NCBI GenBank assembly: GCA_051294375.1
Contig: CM119263.1
Span: 2,422,876 to 2,486,875 of the forward strand
Source of the DNA: Paraspadella gotoi
Lineage: Eukaryota > Animalia > Chaetognatha
DNA: 64,000 bases
Reading direction: 5' to 3'
In this document: one piece after another, positions 54,383 to 64,000 of the stretch
How positions within the stretch are numbered: position 1 is the stretch's first letter
How the letters are laid out: every line of letters starts with the position of its first letter
Position numbers and translations under genes: made by a program
The notes under the pieces: generated by a model
Databases searched by the model: none
The model's input: the letters and a program-made list of their open reading frames with translations, nothing else
Told to the model about the DNA's origin: nothing

Positions 54383-54559
54383 TGAACTTGAAAATTATTA
54401 TTTTTTTATTGTAAAGGAAGAGAGAAAGAGAGATAAACAGAGAGAGAGAGAGAGGGCAAAGTTTCCAACACAGAGTTTAGAAAGGACAGTGGTCAATTGG
54501 TGAGGACAGGCTGAAGTTGAGAAAAGACAGAGTAAGTTGTGAAAAGAAGTGAAATGGTG

Positions 54560-54596
<37 letters not shown>

Positions 54597-54811
54597 AAAA
54601 ATGGTGCAAATCTTTACATTGTGTATATGTATAACAATAATAAAAGTTTTAAACTGATGAATATTAGTGAAATATAACAATTAATCTACTTAATAATTAG
54701 TAAGAATGAAACAGGAAATTTGAAATTGAAAGGATAGATTTGAGAGATGAGTTAAGTAATAAAGTGAAATTGAAGAGTAAAGATAGAGCTCAAAATGAGC
54801 CATGTATTTAG

Positions 54812-54965
54812 AGAAACAGACTGTCCCGTGCTGTCCCATGACCCGAACTGGTTCTCAAGAGGTATTAGAGAGGCAATATACATCAAAGCCCTCGAGCCCT
54901 CTTTGAATTGTGATGGAGGATGATTCGACTCCCTCCAAGCTATGATTCGCTTATCAAAAGCGTGG
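54812..54965 (+). pseudogene. Degenerate C-terminus of a Penelope-type GIY-YIG endonuclease
   Basis: ETDCPVLSHDPNWFSRGIREAIYIKALEPSLNCDGG*, then a frameshift to RLPPSYDSLIKSV; resembles the PLE consensus W..RG..EAIYI....PSLNRD.GRY.LPP.WD..I. Confidence 0.78.
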
Positions 54966-55607
54966 TGGAGGCCCCGCCACCACCACGCCCGCACAATTAT
55001 TCCCCTATTTCCACTCAACGAAATAGGCGGAGACCCTTGAACAGGCAATGGACAGACGATGCCTCTTCCTCAAATGTAACAACTCAATCCCTTCCTCTGT
55101 GGAATGAGCGCCGCCAAAAACGGCGGCTACAGGAGGAGGGGGAGGAGCCCAAACACTCCTGTCGCAAAAGCGGCAAGAACGGACAACCGCCCGCCTCGCC
55201 AGCAGGCGAGAAGAGGGCAGTCGGCAGGCGTATCAGGCCAGAGAGACATTCGAATAGCACTTGGGCTCTTCCCGCAGGGAACTCTTCCTGACGCATCCAT
55301 GACAAGCTCAATCCAACTGTCATCTCAGCCTATGACATGCCAATGACCCGGCCTCATCGATCATGCCTCTCATTTGCCCATGCCAAGGGGGGCCAGCTCA
55401 TTTTGAGCTCTATCTTTACTCTTCAATTTCACTTTATTACTTATTAACTCATCTCTCAAATCTATCCTTTCAATTTCAAATTTCCTGTTTCATTCTCACT
55501 AATTATTAAGTAGATTAATTGTTATATTTCATTAATATTCATCAGTTTAAAACTTTTATTATTGTATACATTACACAATGTAAAGATTTTGCACTGTTTT
55601 TTTGTTT

Positions 55608-55652
<45 letters not shown>

Positions 55653-55810
55653 ACCATTTCACTTCTTTCACAACTTACTCTGTCTTTTCTCAACTTGCCT
55701 GTCCTCACCAATTGACCACTGTCCTTTTAAACTCTGTTTGGAATATCTTGCTCCTCTCTCTGTTTATCTCTCTTTCTCTCTCCTTTTACAAAAAATATTT
55801 TTCAAGTTCA

Positions 55811-55856
55811 CTAACGCTGATGAAGGCTTGAAATGAAGCCGAAACATGTCTGTTGA
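55811..55856 (+). ncRNA. Minimal type I hammerhead ribozyme (right pLTR copy)
   Basis: CTGATGA 55817-55823; stem II GGCTT/AAGCC; GAAA 55841-55844; palindromic CATG stem III; GUC cleavage triplet ending at 55850; stem I taacg/tgttg with G-U pairs; followed by AATAAA. Confidence 0.8.
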
Positions 55857-56153
55857 TTAATAAAAATCGTTGTCAAAACTAAACTCAAACTGTCTCTAAT
55901 AATATCTTTAAAATTTTTTTTTTTAATTGTTAATAACAGATTCGGATTCACAAAAAAACAATTTTTTTTATCTTATGTTATGTTATATAATATTTTAAAG
56001 TTATAGCTGCTAAAAAGGATAAAAACGTTTTATCCTATAATAGTTTCTATTACAGATAGTAAAAAAATAAAAACATAAAATTTTTTATATAATATGTTTT
56101 ATATTTTTTATCTAACTTTTTATGAAGAATCTTAATTTTTAATAAAAATTATT

Positions 56154-56341
56154 GTTTTTTTTTCTGTTTCGTTGTGATTTGATTTAGAACAAAGCTTGAA
56201 GAGAGATTTAACAACGATTTTTATTTCATAGTGAAACGGATATGTTTCGAGTTTTCGAGTATGTGAGTCGAAAACTCGAAACATGTCCGTTTCACTATGA
56301 AATAAAAATCGTTGTTAAATCTCTCTTCAAACTTTGTTCTA
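56154..56341. mobile_element. Miniature fold-back derivative of a Penelope-like pLTR end
   Basis: Near-perfect palindrome with arms 56182-56258 and 56268-56344. It contains GAAACATGTC...AATAAAAATCGTTGT like the neighbouring element. A 13-bp direct repeat AATAAAAATTATT lies at 56141-56153 and 56342-56354. Confidence 0.72.
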
Positions 56342-56843
56342 AATAAAAATTATTAAAAAATTTTTAAAATATCTTATTTTATAAGGATAATAATATGAAT
56401 ATAACTCATTTTGTATTTCTGTTCCCGAAACAATATAAACAAAGTACATTATATACTCGATAATCATTATATTACCTCACGTAAAATTATTGTTAATAGA
56501 CTCAAATTAAACTTTTGTTCTCGAAAGCACCACTCTATCGTTCACCGATTGGCTTATTGAATGATATGTTGGATCGTCAAAAGAAAATTGGGCCAGAGCA
56601 TCAAGACGAAAACATAATTTATTATTTTTACTACCTATCCGTCAATATAATCATTAGGTACATATATTTGTGTCTCTTTGTAACATTGAGTCTTCGCGAA
56701 TTAATTAATGTTTGTTTTTTTTTTTTAAAGTTGAGTTTAATTGGATAGAAAGAAAAAGGCGGGAGACCCGAGGCTTTTTCGGACGGGAAAATCTTTTCGG
56801 GTAAAATCAACACAATTTAGGGGCCTCATCGATTTCTCTTTAT

Positions 56844-56885
<42 letters not shown>

Positions 56886-57393
56886 AATAGTCTGTAGGCG
56901 AATGTTTATTTTGATGAGAAAGATAAGTTTAAATTCAGAATCTTGATTCTGTCTTTTCGAGTCTCGAATTTCCCATCCCACCTGAGGAGCCTTCGAGGAA
57001 CAGGAAGCGAATTTCACTCAACAAACAATAATTTCTTGTTAAAATAACATCACATCGGACGTGAAAAGGTGTGAGAGATGATAAACGGTAACTTGGGATG
57101 AGTAGAGAGAGAAGTATTGTAAAGAACGAGATTAGATTAGCGAGGTTAATTTTCCCTTTTTTTTAAATTTTTTTGTCATTTTTTGTAAAAATCTTTCGAA
57201 CATTTTTTTTTTACCAGTTTTCGAAAAATGATTTGTTCTCCAATCGCTTCGTTCGACATGGAACAAAACTAACTGCCTGAATTTTATTATTCTGAAAAAA
57301 AAAGGAAGAATCAGTCTTGATAAGAACGAAAGAAAAGTAGATGAAGTAAAAAAACTTTCTTTGTCGCTTATAACAATTTTAATTAGAATTAAT

Positions 57394-57449
<56 letters not shown>

Positions 57450-58834
57450 GTTCAAAAACACAATGCCCAGTCGGTCCACCGCATTTAAATAGGATTAAGC
57501 TCGAAAAACGTGAGATTACTACATTTCCCTTTGTGTATCACAATTTCACGATAAACTCAGAATCGTTAGCTGACAAAAGGCGACAGTCGATCGAGAAACA
57601 TCGAGGTTGAAAAAAAGAAAGAAAAAAACTCTCGTTCCTCCAAAACTGAGTTTAGATTTGAATCGAATTGAGACTCGAGACACTTTTAAGATTTATGACT
57701 CGAATTTTGTCACTTTGATCGTTTGTACGCATTGTTAATCCGTCCACGTCGCGATTCATGCCTCCCTATTTAAATCTCAGTCAAATTTTTTTTTTTTTAT
57801 AAAAAAATCGTTTTCTCTGTTAATGATTTTACCGCTGACTGAGGCTTAGAAACATTATAGCAATAATATTAATACAATATTAAATGTAGCCACATCTACA
57901 AGCATATGCCAAATTATTTGCCAAAATTGTTTCGCTTCGAACGCAGTGTTTTTTAAAAATGATTTTTTTTAAATAATATTTAATAATTATACAAATTTGT
58001 AGCCTAAAATATATTTTTATTACTATATGATTACGACAAAATCCAAACTCAAAACTTATGTCCAAAATAAAACGGTTACAAGAAAGTAAAAAAAGGAGCC
58101 ACTACTCTGAGTTAGTAAATTGCACGGGAACATTTCAGGTTCTACCCAATGTCATTGGGCTCCGGTTTGTCCTCTCCAATTTGTCAATCAATCAAGTTGA
58201 CGCTTCTCCTAATTAGCAGACTTCCTCTTTAAATACTCTGTTATTACTCCCTCTCTTTTTTTGCTTTTTAATAGTTTTTTATTTTTTCTTCTACTTATGT
58301 TTTATTCTTTTGTTTAGTTTTTTATATATATTAAACTGTTTTTTCTTTCTCTTTATCATTTATGCTTCTCTAATCCTCCAAATCCCACACATTGTCCACT
58401 GAAGATAAGACAAGGTAAAAAAAATAGTGTGAAATACATAATGTTAAAATATCTTCCAGAGGTATAAAAAATTATTTTTTAAATTTCAGATTTGTCGCAT
58501 AGGGACTTTCAAAAATAATAACTATATTACTATACCAGTACATGTTCACAAATTAAAGTTAAGATCGAAGCTGATTTTTTTTTCTTGAATTGCAAATATG
58601 TAAATCATATTACCGGCATAAAATTCCATTCCTTCATTCGAATCCCTTGATTTCATAACAAAGTGGTTCATATAAAAGACATTGTAAATTCTTTTCTTTG
58701 CGCATTCCCTCGATGATATTATTGAAATAAACTCGCGTTCATTAATTCCACTTTGATCTCGAATTATTCTTACTAAAGATTCCAACTTCAATTTAGTCTA
58801 CAAAGGATAAAAAGAAATTCATATCACAGAACAG

Positions 58835-59430
58835 ATCCTCACCTCCATCCCTCGATCCCCTTCCCCGATCCCGACTGCCATTTCCCCACCCCTTCACCTC
58901 CCCAAACCCCCTTCCTTACCCCACCTCATCCCGATCCCCATCTCCAATCCTCATCCTCGATCCCTTCCTTATCCTCACTCCATCTCCGATCCCCTTCCCC
59001 CAATCCTGTTTCCCCGATCCCCTTCCTTATCCCACCTTAATCCCGACCCCTTCCCCGACCCAAATCCCTTCCTTATCCTCACCTCTATCTCCGATCCCTC
59101 TCCCGATCCCCTTCCCCCAATCCTGTTTCCCCCGACCCCTTCCTTATCCCCACCTTCATCCCCGATCCCCTTCTCCGACCCAAATCCCTTCCTTATCCTC
59201 ACCTCTATCTCCGATCCCTTGCCCCATCCCTTCCCCATCCGTTTTCCCGATCCCCTTCCTTATCCCCACCTTCATCCCCGATCCCCTTCTCCGACCCAAA
59301 TCCCTTCCTTATCCTCCACCTCTATCTCCGATCCCCTTGCCCAATCCCCTTCCCCGATCCCCTTCCTTATCCCCACCATCATCCCCAATCCTCTTCCCCC
59401 GATCCCCTACACCCTCCCCGATCCCCCTTC
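58835..59430. repeat. C-rich complex tandem repeat (CCGATCCCCTTCC / TTATCCTCACCTC units) at the start of TMTC2 intron 1
   Basis: Direct reading; G-rich on the transcribed (minus) strand. Confidence 0.9.
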
Positions 59431-59440
59431 ATAAACTCAC

Positions 59441-59535
59441 CTATCGTCGTAGGCGAAATCTCCGTGCAGCGAGTTGAGGTAGAGGACCGTCGCCATGACG
59501 ACCGACGCCGCCGACGCCGCGTCGATCAGCGGCAT
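59441..59535 (-). CDS. TMTC2: TMTC2-like first coding exon (signal-anchor helix and acidic DD motif)
   Basis: ATG at 59535; MPLIDAASAASVVMATVLYLNSLHGDFAYDD AG|gtgagt. Phase 2 joins exon 2 to give YDDSRAI, as in TMTC2 (LYLNTL.ADF.YDDSRAI). Not in the supplied ORF track. Confidence 0.93.
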
Positions 59536-59880
59536 TTCCGGCGTCGCTGCGGCGGGGACGGAGTGAGGCGGCGTCGATGGGCGTGACCGGAAGTCGGGGC
59601 CGTCAAACGTCGGAGCTCATTGCGTCGAGAGGTCGTCGAACTTTGACGATGTCGACTGAGCGGGGGGGGCGTCTTTGTTGTTGTTGTTAAATATGAATGT
59701 CATCAAAAGATGGGCGTGGCCGTTGTTGTTGTTGTTGATAATAACGACTGTCGCGAGACGATGGGCGTGCCCGTCGTAGTTGTCGTTGTTGTTGTTTTCT
59801 TCCTAAACGCAATATTGAGATTTTAAGCAAGAGGGCGCGGTTGAATTCAGCAAGAGGCGCTAAGCAGAGGACGCCCGACT
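59536..59880 (-). promoter_or_regulatory. CpG-rich 5' region of the TMTC2-like gene with ETS and GC-box motifs
   Basis: ACCGGAAGT at 59586-59594; GGGCGTG at about 59579, 59712 and 59763; high CpG density. Could be promoter or 5' UTR. Confidence 0.4.
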
Positions 59881-61197
59881 GAAGGCGAACGAAAAACCGG
59901 AGACAAACTTGGGGAAAGAAAAAGAACGCCGATGAAAAGCGGCGGCTGCGGCTAATTTTTCTAGTACTTTTTTTTAAGTAAAGAATTCTTCCTTCTTTTT
60001 CTTTTTTCTTTTAGGGCGGACGTTCGCACCGATGAACCAAATGAAATTTCTTTATGATTTGATTAAAAAGAAAAAAAGAGAAAAGTTTTTAAAAAAGATA
60101 AATTTAAAAATGCGAGGTTTTAATTCGTTACTGCGAGAAGAAAGGAACTCAACCCCGAATGAGGGTTCGGCGCGGGGAGACAAAAAAAAGAAGAAATAAA
60201 TTGGCCGAGGATGACGACGACGACGATGACGACGACGACGACAACGACGACGACGATTAAGGTGGCTGCATTGATTGATTGAAGAAGCAAAGTGATTGGA
60301 GGCAGAAAAAAATCAAAAGCGGAAGATAAGAGACTTAGAGAGAAAAAGGAGAATCTGAGTTTTGCTTTTTAGTCATCGACTGATCAAATGAACAATTACA
60401 TAATCTTTGAGGGAGTGGTCATTTTATACAATTAAATCATATTTTGAAATATTATACCACGTCATTGACAGGAAGCTGTGTACTTTGGGAGTAAAGAAAC
60501 AAAACAGTGAGTCTTGATTAAAAGCCTGCAATGTTATTATCTTTTAAGACTGATGGAGGACTTAAACCACAAAAGCCTGTCCATTGTGTCCAAAGTCAGG
60601 GGCAAGATAGCTTATTTATTAAATGAATGGATAATTTTTATTATGGTCGAACAAATTTCATACCGCAAATTATACATAATAAATTAGACATAATTAGCGT
60701 AATTTTTCCAAACAATAACCGCGGAACAAGTTCGCTTGGACTAAAACTTTTGAGAGACAATCTCAAAACGACAGCGAGAAATAAACAGACGAACAAATAG
60801 ACAGACATGAAGACGTAGAGCCAGACAGACATCTAGACATCTAGACAGACACAAAGAGACTCATGACTACAAAAGTGTTCGGACGACGGGAGACCTTCGC
60901 TAACGAAACTCGTTTGATCATGAAACCGAAACTAAATTTAATTCTTTCGTTTTTTAAATTCGAAATCGTAAAAAAAAAAAGAAAAATACCGAGATCTTAA
61001 AAAAATGTTTTGTTCCCCGACGAAGGAAAATAAAAGAAGAGAAAAAGTTCCATGGAATTCGCTGATTCGTTGCAATGAATTAGATGGGTGAGGATCGATG
61101 CGTTTGGGAAAAATCTATCGCGTTTATTGACGGAAATCATTCGCTGCTTAAAGTTAATGTTATGTTTTCATGTTTTCGTGGTGATTCTATAAGTTGC

Positions 61198-61320
<123 letters not shown>

Positions 61321-61469
61321 CCTGGTCTAGCGCACCCGCACGAGCCTGCATGTGCGCCAATGCCATCAACTCTCTCTCTCTCTCTCTCCCCGACCAGGAT
61401 CTCGTATTGAAGGCAATATAGAGAATCTTGAGGACGAAACGAGTCGAGGACCAACGAAGGAGAGGAAAA

Positions 61470-61640
61470 GAGAACTGACCAATCGCAGCTCGATTCGATT
61501 CTTCTCCTCCAATCGGAATCCTCAAAACGGCATCGTCTGTTAGGATCGACCAATGAGAGATCGGTATGAGGTGTTGACGTTGGATCGACGCCCGCTGATT
61601 GGTTGCTTCTGGAATAGAGCGATTCGATTGGACGAGAGCG
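61470..61640. promoter_or_regulatory. Cluster of five CCAAT boxes in a CpG-rich island
   Basis: CCAAT at 61479, 61509 and 61550; ATTGG at 61598 and 61627. Confidence 0.45.
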
Positions 61641-61774
61641 GAATTCGGGATTTGGAGCGAGGGAATCTAGTGGAGACTGAGCGCGAGTGAACTCGACGAC
61701 GTCGGCTCGGGGTCGGCGCCCGAACGAACGGAACTGTCGGTCGGTGCCAGGAAGAAGGGACGGTCGGCGCCCGG

Positions 61775-61813
<39 letters not shown>

Positions 61814-61945
61814 TTTGACAATGATTCAATTCGTGATGAGGAATCAAGGGCGACGCGACCTGGTTGACTGAAGGCGGCATGATGGACGAAATTATTTGAA
61901 GAGCGCGATAGGATTTTTAGCACAAGCGAGAGCTTAATTGAGAGA

Positions 61946-61984
<39 letters not shown>

Positions 61985-62223
61985 GAGATAGATGAGAGGA
62001 GCGAGAAGTAGACAGAGAGAGAGGAGAAAGAAAGAGAAATTAGCATGAGAGTTAGTTTAACTTAACAGCAATAGATGATGGGCCAATGAGAACCTCGCAA
62101 TACATATATAAAAATCATCATTTATCGTTTTTTTTTTTAAGATGGACTTTCTGTTTAAAATTGTTTGTCATAATTTTTTTTATGTGTAGAGGAAGAAGAG
62201 AGAGAGAGAGAGAGAGAGACGAT

Positions 62224-62256
<33 letters not shown>

Positions 62257-62489
62257 GGAGAAACTAGACTCAAAGAAACAAAACTCAAAAGGGTAACAAT
62301 AAAGAAACCGAAATTTTTAATACTGAAAAAAAAGAAAGATAATGATGTTTGACATCGAGTAAATTTATACGCTCATTTCCGAAATCGAGATAGTTTAATA
62401 TAACTGTTAAATAAAAGTTCGAAAATAAAATACGTGGTAGTTTTTTGATATAATGATAACGTTCGGATGAAAATTATTTTGTTGTTGTT

Positions 62490-62662
62490 GTTGATGATGA
62501 CGAATTGATGATAACGATGACGGTGATGATGAAGATGATAATGATCATGATGATGATGATAATGATCATGATGATGATGACGATGATGATAATTATGATG
62601 ACGATGATGACTATGATGAGGACGACGATGATGATGATAACAACAGAGACGACGACAATGAT
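62490..62662. repeat. (ATG/ACG/ATA)n trinucleotide low-complexity tract
   Basis: Direct reading; source of the poly-His, poly-Ile and poly-Met pseudo-ORFs. Confidence 0.9.
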
Positions 62663-62809
62663 GCATTTCAACCTATCAATGATCTTTTATCACAAGGTCA
62701 AATGCACCTTTGTATCATCAGGTTGAACTTAAGAGAGAATTTAATAAATTTAATAAATAAGTTTCAGCCATCGTCATCACAGCTCGACGGTTAGAGTCCA
62801 AGAAATTAT

Positions 62810-62973
62810 AAATGTTCCTTATTTAATTTTAACTTTGATATTTAATCTGAACATATTTTAAAACTTATAAACCAATCCCTAAACCTAACCTCAAACCTAA
62901 TCTTTAACTAAAAAAATTAAATTACATAATTCCGAATTTAATATAAAATTGGGCGTTCTGGGAAAATAAGGCC
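62810..62973. mobile_element. MITE-like family right end with short taacc/taatc array
   Basis: gaatttaatataaaattgggcgttctgggaaaataaggcc matches the family terminus. Confidence 0.5.
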
Positions 62974-63418
62974 GCCGTTGAAATGTATATGATATACATT
63001 TTTTTGTACATTGCAATTGCGGAAAAACAAATTGAACTAAATCCTCGTCAAAACCCGATTTCCTTGACTCGTCAATTCACAGTGGCTTCGCATTTCTGTG
63101 TCGATCGTGACCACAATACAAATTAATGTCATTTAATGTCGTTTATAAATTTCGATCTCCCGTCGTTGAGTTTAATTGAAAAGGTTTTCTCGAGTTTTAA
63201 AACAAGAAAAAGAAACGTCTCTTTTAAGAACGAAAAACAAAGGAATTCGATCTGTATATATCCCATTTTAGCAAATGGGAAATTGATACATGATACAACA
63301 CTTCGAAGCAGTTTTTTTTTTCCAGAGAAAATCGTGCGTTTGTAACTGCCTCTTGTTTTTAAAGTTTGATGTGGATTTTGCTTACTATGTCATTTACTTG
63401 TCGACGCCTTCCTTAAAC

Positions 63419-63591
63419 TCAGTGTATGATCCTTGCAAATTTTGTGTTTAAGTTGCTGACTTTGCCTTTAAACTCGGTGTGAGAGACTCGCCGAAAGTCA
63501 TCGAAGGCCCGGCGTGCGACGAGGTGAATGCGCCGGTGGTTGAAGTCCCCGTCAGCCAGGAGAAAGATACCTCTCTCTGACTCGCCGCGCA
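63419..63591 (-). CDS. Possible terminal coding exon of an upstream, unidentified gene
   Basis: GC-rich open frame (V)RGESERGIFLLADGDFNHRRIHLVARRAFDDFRRVSHTEFKGKVSNLNTKFARIIH*, phase-compatible with a candidate 35-nt exon at 63857-63891. Weak acceptor, no recognised homology. Confidence 0.25.
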
Positions 63592-64000
63592 CTAGCGCGG
63601 CCGCGCGCGAACGTGAACGGGCTCGCGTTCGCGGGATCGGTCGCACCGCACGAAGTCGACCGAATACCGGAAAAACAGAAACAACAACAAAAAATCATCG
63701 GGGACGTCAGAGAGCGAGAATTAACATTCGAATTGCATACAATACGGGCTCGAGAGTTTGAAAATGTGGATTTGTGTATTGCAGGTTATTATTAAGTGAT
63801 TGAAGGGGCAGTCATTCAAAGTCGAAACAGTGCAGGTCCAGGTCAATTTCACTTACCAATTCTATCCTTCGAATCATCAATCCATCCCATCCTTTCAAAT
63901 AATTGATTCAATATAATAGAGCAAGGTAAAACACATGGTATAAATTTTGTTAAAAATAAGGTCATTATTTTTTATGATTGTTTATCGAAAGCTTCGAGAG

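Larger units (their letters stand above)
54254..55896 (+). mobile_element. 5'-truncated Penelope-like retroelement with inverted pLTR
   Basis: Inverted arms 54289-54800 and 55396-55900; GIY-YIG C-terminal remnant at 54812-54965; hammerhead motif in each arm; 13-bp direct repeat TAATAATATCTTT at 54241-54253 and 55897-55909. Confidence 0.85.

Noticed and set aside
54920-55291. 123-aa ORF as an independent gene
   Set aside because: Its start is the frameshifted tail of the Penelope GIY-YIG remnant; the rest is low-information element sequence.
62373-62726. His-rich, Ile-rich and Met-rich ORFs
   Set aside because: Three readings of one ATG/ACG trinucleotide tract.

Overview
Eukaryotic (animal, probably invertebrate) draft-assembly DNA, very rich in AG/CT microsatellites, with six N-gaps. 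Almost the whole window is one minus-strand, intron-rich gene, a TMTC2-like protein O-mannosyltransferase (GT-C transmembrane region, DUF1736, TPR repeats). I traced 16 coding exons by hand from the ATG at 59535 to the window edge at 1. All have GT-AG borders and compatible phases; only the exon 11 acceptor is ambiguous. The protein carries large loop insertions relative to vertebrate TMTC2, and intron 1 is about 30 kb. Region 7507-19800 is a noisy inverted copy of about 23305-33274, including frameshifted exons 2-6. Region 34183-42500 is a patchwork of copied local sequence. Both start at 25-N gaps and look like long-read gap-filling artefacts. The most interesting genuine element is a 5'-truncated Penelope-like retroelement at 54254-55896: a GIY-YIG C-terminal remnant, inverted ~510-bp pLTR arms each holding a minimal hammerhead ribozyme, a one-sided 35-nt tail and a 13-bp target-site duplication. 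A miniature fold-back relative with the same architecture follows at 56154-56341. Also present are a MITE-like family with telomere-like internal arrays, several minisatellites and a CCAAT-box cluster. Most ORFs in the supplied track are microsatellite or N-gap artefacts.
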